From: Geosiphon pyriformis uo1
Taxonomy: Eukaryota > Fungi > Glomeromycota
NCBI GenBank assembly: GCA_016748015.1
Contig: JAAOMT010000512.1
Span: 1,247,876 to 1,311,875 of the forward strand
DNA length: 64,000 bases
Direction of reading: 5' to 3'
In this document: positions 52,162 to 64,000 of the stretch, one piece after another
Position numbering within the stretch: position 1 is the first letter of the stretch
Layout of the letters: each line of letters begins with the position of its first letter
Position numbers and translations under genes: made by a program
Notes under the pieces: generated by a model
The model's database searches: none
Seen by the model: the letters and a program-made list of their open reading frames with translations, nothing else
What the model was told of the DNA's origin: nothing

Positions 52162-53269
52162 CTAGTTTTTTTAATAAAAGTACTAAGATTATAACCAATT
52201 ATTTTTATTGGCAAGATAAACAAAAGTGTTCTGAATTGATCTCTAAACATTCAAACATCTCAATTTTCTATAGTTTTTGCCATATATATTGAATTTTTCC
52301 CAATTAGAAATGACTATTTTAAAGCCAATTAATCTGCCTAACTCAATTTAGCAAACTTCACTACAGCTTTCTGCTACAGTGTAATTAATTGTAATTGGAT
52401 TGATATTACTTGACCAAAACTTAAAAAGAGCTGTAATAATTATTTTTTGGTATATTTATGAGGATTTTTTTAATAATCACAGTCCAATTTAAATAAATTT
52501 TTTGTTTTTTAACATCACTGTTTATGATAATTCTCTTATTTGCAGTTAATAATTCAGCTTTTTTTATATTTTTCTGATATAAACGTTGATTGGATGATTT
52601 TTTCAAATTTTAAGAAAGTAATGGCTTCTTTAAAACCATTAATTTATGGAAAATTTTTTTTAATAAACTGAGTTTTTGTCATTGCCAATTTTTTCTTCAC
52701 AGTTGAAAAATTAATATTCAATATAAAAATTTTTTTAATGAATACTTTAACCTGAGTTTTAACAATTTTAAGTTCAATTTACTTTTTGTCAAAAAGAATA
52801 TTAAAAAAGAAAAAGAGGAGTTTTTTATTTTTATTCATGTCATAATTAATTGAGTTGATAATAAAACTATAAACTAAACTAGTATTTATCTTTTTAGTTT
52901 TAAGAATATTTGCTGTTAAGCCAAGAAAAAAACCATTACTAATACCAATAAGATACTGCTATCTTCACTATTATTAGATTTGTTGTCTATATTTAAATAT
53001 ATACTATCATCAATACCAAATTTGACTAAAAAAATATCTTTTTTATTTCTAAAATATTTAATATTACTAATAAACATTTTTTTTTTGAAAAAAAAAACCT
53101 CCAATAGAACTATAAAAAATTCTTTTAAACACTTTTTTTTAGACATAATACTATTTGAAACAGTCACTAAGTTTACCATAAAAAAATTATTTGCATAAAA
53201 AATATTTGGAAAAAATAAAAAAAACTTTTTTTTCAAAATTATGTTCTTTAAAGAATTTAAGACATAGAA

Positions 53270-53790
53270 AAAATAAAATTTTTTTTTTTATCAATTATTT
53301 TAAATAAAAAAATCTAAATATAAATTGTTAACAACAAAAAAAATACATAAAAAAAAATAACTGTAATATTTAAAGACATAAAAAATTTTATTTTATTTAT
53401 AATATTATTCAATAAATTAGAAATAAAAATTTATAAAATTTAAATAAAATTTAAAAAAGCTAATAAATATAATAAAAAAGTCATTAATATTAAAAATAAT
53501 AATTTATAATAGAAAAAATCTAGTTTTAAATATGTTAAAAATACTTAATAACAAAAATTTATTAAATTTAATAATTAATATAAAAATAAATAAACTTCTA
53601 ATAATCAAATTAATTTGTATAAATGTAAAAATATTATTATTTAATTGTTTAAATATTATAAAAAAATTATAAGAATTATATACAATAATTAAATAAATTA
53701 AAATTAAAATTAAACTTAATAAAATAAATAAAATATTTAATAAACTTAATTTATAACTAAAATATTATAAAAAAAAAAACCAAAAAAATC
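53270..53790. other. Ultra-AT-rich spacer
   Basis: Very few G/C; lies between head-to-head LINEs. Confidence 0.8.
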
Positions 53791-53896
53791 TTTTTCTTGT
53801 TGATCCCCTGATCACAACAAAAGCAAAGATTTATCGAAGATTTAACACCTCCTTTTCTCCATTCCTTTTCATCCTTTCGTAGTTATTTCTTTCAAT

Positions 53897-55818
53897 ATGC
53901 CTGTCTTTGTTGTTATGAAACCAGTGGGCTCATCTGCTAATAGATCTAATTTGGGTTTAGCTGGTTTGGGAACCTGCCTAAACACCAAGAAAAAGCACAT
54001 AAAAAGTGTATATACTTGTAGTTTTTTATACAAGAAGCCAAAGAAGTCTGCTGCTGCTAGTAATGTAATAAAGTTGTTGGCTGGTCCTGTGCCTGTCGAA
54101 ATGCTGTTAGTTAATGAAAATGGATGCAAAAAGTCTTGGAGAAGTAAGGTAGATAGCAAAAATAACAGTGTAAGTGAAATTTCGGATGTGAAGAACATGA
54201 GGAATATGGTTGCCAAAGAGACAAGTTATGTTGATTCTAATGCCTCTGAGACAGATAACATGATGGATGATACAACTCCTAAAAAAACACGAACAAAGAC
54301 TTATGTCTTGGAACAACCACCGAAAGTTCTTTTCTTTGTGAACGTGAGTGACAATAATAATGAGTTGGTGCTTCTGGCACCTAAATTTGTTGGATCCAAT
54401 TGGCTGTCATCTGCTGAGTCACGTGTTCTGAAAAACAGAGCTTCAAGCCAGTAAAATCATTTACATTAGATGTTGAGTTGTCTGCTGTATCTGAAAAGAC
54501 AAATAGTGATAAGCTAATTAAAATTAAAAAGATTTTTTATCAAGTTAATGGTTTTGAGGGGGCTTCTACTTTTTCAAAATTCTAAGGGATCATCAAATCT
54601 TTATTTACTTCTGAGAAAAGTTTGAAAAAGGCAAAAAAATTGGCTGTCAATAAAAAAATTTTAGTTAATAATAATGTTAGACAGGTAAACAAATGTTTGG
54701 ATCAGGAAATTGTTATTAAAAAGATTCTGGTCAATTTTTTCAAATTGGCTGTGGAATCTGTTTTTTTCAAGTTTGGCAAGATTGTGTCAATCAAAATACA
54801 ACTGATTGGCCTGTGGCAAAAGGCTTTAGTGGAGTTTGAATCATCTGAGATAGTTGACTTGGTCATAGCTGAATGATCTGTTCTTATGAGAAAGGATTCT
54901 GTTCATGTGGCAAAGGCAGTTGATGACAAACAAACATGGGTATTAAGAGATCAACATCGGGTGCTGCTGTATACATTACTGGTTGGCACTATTGTCCATA
55001 ATTTTTCTGGTTTGTTGGCATCTTATGGTAGAAAGACTTGTTTTATTGGCCATAATTCAGCTATGTATGTTCGTGATAAGTGTACTATAATTTGTTTTAG
55101 TAATAAGACATTCAAATTGGCTGTTATTGGTTCTCTGCCTGTTTTTAAGGGTGTGAATTTGTGCTGGGCTAGTCTTTCTTTAACCTGTTGTGCCAAGTGT
55201 AAACAATCTGGCCATATTTCTGATTTTTGTTTATTGAATGGGTTTTCTGGTGTTTGTGAGAAACAGGTGGTGACTTTTCAAGATTGAGTTTATTTGGCCA
55301 ATATATATAAGAAAAAACAGGCACTTATTGCTTGTCCAGTTTTTTTTGGTGGTTTCTTTTGGGCAAAGATTGTTGGTGGGTCTTCTTTTTCTCCCCTTTC
55401 TAATCAAAATATTTCAGCAAACATTGGCTCCTCTTTGGAGATGAAGCTGTCCTTATTGGTTGTAAATGAAATCAATGATAAGTTTGTCACTCTTGAGTGC
55501 AGTCTTGTCAGCCTTACAGAGCAAGTTGGTAAGCTAGCTAAAAGATTGGATGCACTTGTATCAATGGTTTTTTAGCCTAACTCTGGATGTCAGCTGTTAG
55601 TGACTTCTTCATCACAGAATCAAGGGGTAGATATAGTGATAAGTGAGAGTTTGGGTGCAGCCACTGGTGGTAAGACTGAGGTAAAAGCAGTGGTGTTTGA
55701 TTCTTTTGTTATCAAAAAGTTAGAGGACACTTTAACCAATCTGTTAATTACAGTTATGGATTTTTTGGCCAAAATAGACAATGCTGGTTTGGTTTCTGTT
55801 GCTCTTTTCTCTCAATAA
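53897..55818 (+). pseudogene. LINE ORF1 (RRM-like region + CCHC knuckle + coiled coil)
   Basis: FGKIVSIK...ALVEF, CAKCKQSGHISDFC. Confidence 0.8.
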
Positions 55819-58800
55819 CTGAGCTGACATGAAAGATTGCTACTTGTAATGTCCAGGGTTTCAATGTTCCTGCCAAGCAAGAAGATATTGTTCATTGGCA
55901 CAAAAAGTCAGGTAATATGGTGTTTATTGTTACTGAAACAAAATTAAAGCCCAGCATTAGACCATAGATTATGAACAAGTTTGAGAGTATGTGCATTTTC
56001 ACATCTGGCCTGAATAGTGGGTTTCTTGGGGCTAAGGTGGCAATAATCATGAACAATTCTTTGGCTCAACATGTTTCCAAGATAAAAAAAGTTCCTGGTT
56101 GTATTGTTTCAGTGCATCTCCTTTTCAAAAACAAAGTTTTGATTTCAATTATTGGTTTGTATGCTTGTGTCTCTTTAAGTAGCCGATTTGAACAGGCATC
56201 TGGTATTAATTTTTTTATAGCTCAGGTGGTTAATTTCAACAGTTTTGTGGTTTTGGGCAGTGATTTCAATGAAGGCTGTTCTAAAAAAAATATGAGTTAT
56301 GGTTTTTGTTTGGGTCTGGGCTTAGTCAATTCTTTTGGTAGACATTCCTTGGCTGGAACTTCTATATAAAACAACTCAAAGAGTGTTGAGAAAGTTATTG
56401 ATCACATTTTGATTAGTGGAACTCTAATTTCAGCTGTGACCAGTCATAGAGTTGACTCTGCTAATCACAAAACTGTCTCAGTCTTAATGAACTTGGATGG
56501 GCTTTTGGATGTTCAATTGGGGGTTTTACACAAACAAGTAAATAGGGATTATTGGAAATTCAAGCTAAAGAGTGTGGATGTTGATAGATAGAAATGTTTT
56601 ATGGAGTACTCTTCAGGCAAATTTTTGAAAAAATCAGTTGATTTTCATGCTACAAAACACAGTGGTAATTTGGATAACATATAAGATATTTTTAAAGAGG
56701 TGGTGATAAATTCTGCTAATAAAGTATTTTCCAGACTCTAGTTCAGTAAGTTTGAAGGTGTAAGGAACAAGTTGTCTTCTAAGTTTTACAGATTAGAATT
56801 GCTGATGTTCAAAATTGTCAGTAGTTTAAATTCAGATCTGGGTTTGGAGACTAACCACTTGGTTGATACTTGAACAGGCATAGATAGCAATGAGGTGTCC
56901 AAAGTATACATTATAATTGATAAGGGTGACAAGGTTAAGAATATTTTACATCATGTTTTGGGTGTTAAAAGAATTTACCGCAGGTCCAAGTGTCACGAAT
57001 TCAGAATTGCCAGAGATAATTTCATTAGGAAAGCTGTGTTGAAATGCATGGAAAATTTTTGCTCAGATAAGAGGCAAATGATAAAAAGCATTTTAAATCA
57101 GCCTTTCAGAAAGATGGTTCTCAATTATTTAATTGTTAACAATGAGCTTATCTTGGAGCCTCAGGCTGTCAAGTCTTTAATTGATACTATAATAGAAGAT
57201 TGGATAAGAAAACACTTGGTTTCTAGTGCTCTGTAGAATTGTTGGTCTGTTTAATATGCTCCCTTAGGTCATGTAGATGATAATACATTTTCTGGGGTTA
57301 TGTGTAATATTAGCATAAAAGAACTTTTGCAGGTTATTAGAGACTTGCCAAATGGCAAGACTGCTGGATTTTCTGGCATTTTCAATAAACTTTGGAAACA
57401 CAGCAATTCTCTGATCCTCAATAGTTTATTGAGCATTTTCAATAGGTGTTTGAAATCTGAAGGGGTTTTTGAGCAATGAAAGAAATTTTGGATTTCTATG
57501 ATTTCTAAACCTTATAATTGGGAAGGCACTCTCATCAATACTAAACCAATAGCACTAATTAAGACTGCTTGGAAAATTTTGTCTAAAATTTTTTCAGACA
57601 GAATCTCTCTGGCTTGCAGTAGGTTCAATGTTTTGCATGGTGACAATTTTTCAGTATTGAAGAGCACTTTTACACAATCCCCTATTTTTGTTGTTGATTT
57701 GATTGTTAAAGATGCTCTGGAGAAAAACAGGGAGTTATGATTGGTTTTTCAGAATATGTGTAAGGTCTATGATTCTGTTAATTGGTCTTATTTGCTTAAT
57801 AGTTTGGTCAGGATCAAAATGTGTTTTCACTTTATTAGCTTCTTTGGTAGTATACACAATGGTAGATTTAATTAGGTTATAACAGATTTTAGTCTGTCTG
57901 ATAGTTATATTGTGCATAATAGTCTGGATTAAGGGGAGGTATTTTCACTACTGCTGTGGTGCATTTTCTATGATCTGTTGCTTTGTGAAGTCAAAAAACA
58001 TGAACAATTGTATGGCTATTAGATGTGCTTGAGATTTTACACTAAGTCCAACAAACCTAACCTAAGTAATGACAAGACCTTATTTTTTGTAGCAGGTGCC
58101 TTTGTTGATAACACAATCTGAATTGAGAATTGCTTGGCAGTAACACAAAATATTTTGAACATAGCCAGTGAGTTTTTTCTATCAATAACATTTCAATAAA
58201 TACTGAGAAGACTGTCACTATCCCCATCAACCAAGGTGTTAGGAAGACTGAACTATTTATTAGTGAGTTGAGAATTTTGGTGGCCAAAAAGGGTGAGTCT
58301 TATTGCTATTTGGGAATTTTTTTGTCAACTAAGGGCCTTTCTAAGCCGAGTTTAACCAAGACTCATATCAAAGTCAAATTTTTTTCAAATGTGGTTTTGA
58401 GAAAGGCCATTACTTAGAAGCAATTTTTGTATTTGGTTTCTGCTGTTTTGCAGTCTATCATCTGTTACAGACTTCAATTTAGTTTTGTCTTTAAGGGTGT
58501 TTGTAAAAAATGAGACATATTGTTAAGAAAAGGACTTAAGTTCAAAGCAAATTTGCCTAGAGACTTTCCTAGTATGGCACTGTATCATTCTAAGCTGTAT
58601 GGCTTGAAGCTTTTTAAGCAGATGTTTTCTAAAAATTTGCTGGCCAATCTGATTAATTTTGGTAATACTGGCAGAACTCTTGGCAGATTTTTTGACCACA
58701 AAGCAATAAACTTACAGACTGCCAGCTGGATGCCTCAACACTTTCTTTGTTTTCTGGTCATGTTACCTATTAATCTTTTAAATTGTTTTTTGGCTGGTGC

Positions 58801-60481
58801 TACATGTGTTCTTGCTTTGTGCAAAACATTCTTAAGTGGTGCTTTTTTTAATGTTTTTCAAACTGGAACTGGTGTACCAATCTTGGATGTGCTAGGCCTG
58901 GATGGTTATTTGGGCATAAGAAATTCTCTCAGGAAATATGGCCTTATTTTTGCCAATTAACTTTTAGATTGTTGTAGTGAGTGCTTCACTTAGAACACCT
59001 TTTATAGATAGAAGAGACTTAACTCAAGGGGTCCAATCCCTACTTGGTTTGTTTCTGTTACTAATTTTGTCAAAAATGGTGGTTTGAACATTAACGTGAC
59101 TGTGATATCACATTCTGTTCCCACCAAATTTTCTTGTGACATTGGTTTTACTTTTGAGTGTTTGTTGGCCTTTGAGTGTGAATCTGTTGAAGTTTACACT
59201 GATGGGTCTGTCAAGGGTTTAGGGTCGATTAGTGCCTGTGGTGGTACTGCTACTTACTTTTCAAATGCTAATGCTAGTATTAGTGTAAAAATTTTTGGCT
59301 TATTGTCCTCAACACTGGTGGAGCTGCAACCTATTACTTTGGTACTAAAGTGTATGTCTGTCTCTAACATAGTTGAATTGTTCACAGATAGTCAAACATT
59401 GCTGGATATTTGCAAATTTGATGTAGACATGTCTGGTCCTGATTTTTGCTGTAAATATTGGATCAAGAAAGAGCATATTTGTCAAGTTATTTTGAATAAA
59501 AATCTGTCAGTCATGTGAAAAAAAGTCAAAGGACATTCAAGCATTGTCGAGAACAAACAAGCAGATTTTTTTGCCAACACAGCAGTTTTTTCTGAGTCTG
59601 TACTGCCCCTGGACATGCCATATTGCTTTTTTAGGGTTGAAGACAGATCTGTTTCTAGGAATACACATTATTTTATTAAGAATTTGTTTGATGCCATTAA
59701 TTTTGTTAGTTGGGACTCCAGATGTGGTGCTAGTATTGTTGAGATTGGTGTTGCTGGTGAGATTGATGCACCCAAGTCATTCAGTATTTGGCACTCTAAT
59801 AGTAGAATTCACTCTGGTTATACCAGTTTGTCTTCAGCTTCTCTGTGATTTTATCTTATGAAATATTTGCATTATTGCCTGCCAGTTGCTGTAAGGAAGA
59901 GGTTGTACAATCCAAGATATCTTAGTGTAGTGTGCATTAGGTGTGGAATGGTCAAGGACTCTGATCACCTATTTCTATGTATGCATAACGACAATGCTAA
60001 AAGAACTATATTATTGTCTATTAGAGAAAAGTGATACAAGGTGGCTAGTAGGTCCACTATAAGAGGTAGGGTAACACAATTTTTGCATGAGGCTGAGTTA
60101 TCCAGTAATTTATACATGTTGTTGGCCAAGATATTTGTGTTGAAAAGCTGGACAGTTGATGCTATCTTGTATCTTGGCTCTGCTTCTAGTGGCCATTTAA
60201 TTGTCGAGTTAATTCACAGTTTTGTGGAGAATCATAGATCAGACATTTGGTTATCTGCAGCCAAACTGAGAGCCTTCTATGAAAAGCACAATCTTTTACC
60301 ATGTGATGGATCTGTGGTGCCATTGGTTGCTGGTTTATTGAAATTCTGGGCTGTTGATGTTATCCATAGTCTCAGCATTAGGTTAGGTATTTATATGAGT
60401 TTTGGTTTGTGTTTCTGTCTTGTTGGTTTGGGTTTCAGTTTCTCATGTAATATTTTTTTAATAAATTCTGTGAGTACATAA
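55815..60481 (+). pseudogene. LINE ORF2: APE endonuclease, RT, RNase H, C-terminal Zn finger
   Basis: KIATCNVQG, ETK, GSDFN, IDHI; KPIAL, GLD*GEVFSLLLW, AFVDNT, YLGI; VYTDGS, VELQ, FTDSQ, VKGHS; CIRC...DHLFLC. Confidence 0.92.
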
Positions 60482-60600
60482 TGCTGTCTTGACTGGGCCA
60501 AGTGTCTGGTCATGTATAAAAAAGACATGAGCTACATTTAATTTTAAATTTTTTTTTGATTTTATGTATTTAGATAGTGGTTGGGCTGCACTCATTAAAT

Positions 60601-61280
60601 TTTAATAAAAAAAATATATATTATAAAATTGTAATATATAATATAAAAAATTTAATAATTTTGGCCAACCAAAAAATATTATAAGCTAATATAAAAAAAA
60701 TTAATAAAAAAATTATTATTATGTTATTATTAAAAAAATATAAATAAAAACAATTTAAAAAAAACGTTAATTTAATAAATTTAACAATTTAAAATTGTAT
60801 AATATTTTAATTAAATAGTTTAATACAAAAAATAAAACATAAAAATATAAAATAATAATTAATTATATTTTTACACAATAAGAAACTGGTTTTAATATTA
60901 TAATTGTAAATAAAATTTTGTTTAAAGATATTAATTAGATTTAGTTATTTTTGTTTTGATACTTTAATTTTTACATAATTAAATATGTAAACAAAATAAT
61001 GACTGGTTTATATATATATTTTATGAAATTTTTGTATTGTTATTTGTTTATTGTTGTTTAAAAGTATCTATTTAATAAAAAATATTCTAATATTTTATAT
61101 TTATATTGTAAAAAAGTAAAATTTTTAAATTTTTTTTTATGTGATAAATTTTGCTATTTATAATAGTTTATTAAAATTATATATTAAGTTGTAAAAGTTT
61201 ATATTAGATTTTTGTTAGTTAATATTTTGTGTTTTTTAGTTTTTTTTAATATATATATTAAATATTGTATTGTATATTTT
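60601..61280. other. Ultra-AT-rich spacer
   Basis: Very few G/C; lies between tail-to-tail LINEs. Confidence 0.8.
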
Positions 61281-61298
61281 TTATTTATTTATTTATTT
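61280..61298 (-). repeat. (TAAA)n 3' tail of LINE-d
   Basis: ...ACTCATTAAATAAATAAATAAATAA on the - strand. Confidence 0.75.
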
Positions 61299-64000
61299 AA
61301 TGAGTAAAGCCCAATTACTATCTAATACAATACAATTATCTAAAGTTTTAAATTAAATGTGATTCATGCTCTTGCTACATGTGACTAGCCACTCAACCAA
61401 TCAAGACTACATTATATAACTATATTTATTGTAACTTCACCAGCAGCACCAGTGAAAAACAGACAGCTAATACTTAAACCAAAATTGGTTGCATGACCTC
61501 TCTCAATTCTTAGTAAACAAGCAACACCACCAGAAACCTTAGCAGAAAAACCCCAAATAATATCACATAAAGATCTATCTGCACATAATGATCCACAATG
61601 CTCTATTTCAGCTCGAAGTTTTGAATTAGGCACCCAAATCTGCTTCCTATGGCCAACAACCAAACTCCAAACAAACTCAACCAAATTAGACATTGCAAGC
61701 TTAGTATCCACAAAAGACACTTTAGCTTCTGTTAACCAATTCTCAAACACAAGACTCTTGCACAAAGATGTGTAGAGACTACCATCAGAAACAGAAGAAG
61801 CTAAAGACTGCAAAACTGCAGATAATGACAAGGTTGTCCCAATAAGAGATATTCAAAAAGAAAAATGCTCACTTAACAAGCTCTGATGCATCAAAAAGTC
61901 CAAGTGACAAACAAAACTATGATCTAAAAAATCTATCTCTCCATAATGTACACAAAGCACACTAGGATAACTACAATCATATAAGCGCTTTTTAACAACT
62001 ACAGGTAGTTTCCTGTGTAAGGCTTTCATTAAATATGTGTGCAAACTGGTAGAAGTTCTGCTTGTATATCCCATAAACATATGGAAATCAGGATGCCATA
62101 CTAAGACAGTACAAACCCAGTTTATGTCCCCAACTTGTGAAGAATTCACAACACTCGAACCAAGTCCGAATTCCCATTGAAAATGTCTAACAGTATCATT
62201 TATTAATCTAGTGAAGTGGCATGCATTGCCGGAAATCACCTTACTATCTGCCATTAAAAAATTTTCTTTGATGTTTGCTAAAAGAACAAGCCCTAATGAT
62301 GTGGCTAGATCAGCCAACCAATCAGCATGCTCGTTGTCCAAAATACCAAAGTGACCCTTCACCTTTGACCAGATGACAGAAATGTTTTTATATCTAACCA
62401 AATTGCTAATATGACAGTGTTCTATTCAGCACCTGTTGCAAAAATCTGGAGCCAACAACTTCAACTTGGCTTAACAAGCATCTAAGGAAGCCTAACTGTT
62501 AAAGAAGACTATAACATTTGAGGAAGCTGGAATGCACTCGAGAGCCAGTACAACAGCCTGCATTTCAGCTAGGGTAGATGATAGCATACTATGGACTTCC
62601 ACACCTATATGCAAACCTAAGTTAGAAAAATAAGTGGCAGCCCCTCCAACAGCATCAGAAGTACCAAAGCCTTTAACAGAACTATCAGTATAAACTGAGA
62701 TTATTGGCAAAGAAGCATCTTTCAAACTAGAACGGACGAAACCAAAGTGGTCCGTATTAGAAACATCCAACTTGGACAGAAACTCAAAAGTGGAAAAGAA
62801 ATCTTTAACCAAACCACCACTCTTGACAAAATCTGAAACCAACATGAACCATAAGGGAACCGGGCCTCTGGAATCCAGTCATTTCCAATGGTAAAAATCC
62901 TTCCAATTAAAATATTTTCCATGACTGTTCAACAACTGATCTGCAAAAATAATCCCAAAATGCTTTAATAATCTGCAAACCTGGAGATACATAGTTTGGC
63001 CCAAAACATCCAAAACAGGAAAACCTCGCTTGAAACAAAAAGCATTGGGCAAGTTATTAACTAAGAAGATACCATTACATAAAAAAATTTTAGCAACACC
63101 AGCCAGAAAATTGTTCATCAGATTAACCATCAACTTAACAGGAAATTGAAAAGGATTCTGAGAAACTCAGCCCAAAACCTGCAAGTCCATTGACCTGTGC
63201 TCAAATAGTCGACTCATTAACTCACTATTATTAGCAAACTATAACACCAACAAGACTTTTGCTTCTGCCTGAACTTGTTCAAAGAACTTCAAATTGTAAA
63301 AAGAAGGATAGTGCACCACTTCATTAAGAAAGTCTCTAGGCAGACTGGCCTTAGACTTCAACTCTTTTCTAATTATATGGTCTCATTTCTTGCATGTGTT
63401 TCTACTGACAAAGCTAAATTGAGTTCTATATTCTACTATGGGCTGTAAAACAACTGATACCAAATAAGAAAACTACTTGTCCATAATAGCTTTGCATAAA
63501 ACCATGGATGAGAAAAACTTGACATCTGAATTTGTCTTTTTTAAACTTGGGCCAGAAAGATACCTAGATATTGATGAGTCTCACTAGATTTCATGATTGA
63601 AATAAGAGACTTGCTCACTTCCAAGGAGATGTTGCTGGTCTTTAGATTAATAAGAATGGCAACTGTCTTTTCCATGTTAATTGATATATCCATTAATTCA
63701 AAAAACTCACTAGCAATGTTCAAAATATTCTGTGTTGCTGTATGACAATTGCCAATCCAAATAGTGTCATCCATGAAAGCACCAGCAGTCAAATAAGAAG
63801 TCAAACCAGCATTCGACTTAATTTTATTTGTTTTGGCCACAAATTTGAAATTGACCCAATACCCAAAAAATGACTCATGTTTTTTCATTTCGCACAACAG
63901 AGAATCATAAAAAATTCTCCACAAAAGAGGAAAAAAAACTTCTCTCTGGTCTAAATCATTGTGTACCTTATAACTCTTAGACAAACCAAAGTCTGTCATA
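61298..64000 (-). mobile_element. LINE-d, 3' part (RT C-half, RNase H, Zn finger, 3' UTR)
   Basis: AFMDDT, YLGI, VYTDSS, AEMQA, VKGHFG..NEHAD; 3' UTR matches LINE-c. Confidence 0.9.

Larger units (their letters stand above)
39831..53270 (-). mobile_element. LINE-b, heavily decayed APE-RT-RNaseH non-LTR retrotransposon interrupted by B2 and three solo LTRs
   Basis: 3' UTR matches LINE-c/d; C-terminal GIRLGI; APE LSGDFN; WKFAICN; ORF1 CKKYKHFGH knuckle. Confidence 0.85.
53790..60600 (+). mobile_element. LINE-c, full-length non-LTR retrotransposon (ORF1 + APE-RT-RNase H-CCHC)
   Basis: Uninterrupted two-ORF layout; 3' end ...GGGCTGCACTCATTAAAT followed by an A-rich tail. Confidence 0.92.

Overview
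The window is AT-rich eukaryotic DNA made entirely of nested, decayed retrotransposons, with no host gene, RNA gene or CRISPR array. The protein families resemble those I recall from Glomeromycotina fungi (Geosiphon-like); that is inference only. The base layer is four APE-RT-RNase H non-LTR retrotransposons (LINE-a 38495-~39200 -, LINE-b ~39831-53270 -, LINE-c ~53790-60600 +, LINE-d ~61298-64000 -) separated by ~0.5-0.7 kb ultra-AT-rich spacers. Ty3/gypsy (Metaviridae) elements inserted into this layer. Element C (1-38494, -) contains A1 (2453-23197, -), which contains A2 (10550-21402, -), which contains a solo LTR (15138-16114). C also contains B1 (25242-35748, +), which holds another solo LTR (32518-33528). 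LINE-b contains truncated B2 (41048-46075) and three solo LTRs. All ORFs are pseudogenised by C>T/G>A transitions. Main signals: (1) all 11 readable LTR insertion sites have a CpG or a CpG decay product at the centre of the 4-bp target site, and four discordant TSD pairs point to an ancestral CpG, suggesting CpG-targeted integration; (2) families A and B appear to start Gag at a GUG followed by a ~700-950 nt AUG-depleted extension, implying two Gag isoforms by leaky scanning; (3) pol carries a Cys-rich insert plus dUTPase between protease and RT; (4) a conserved non-Env ORF3 follows integrase in all three families; (5) the LTR U5 regions carry conserved RNA structures.
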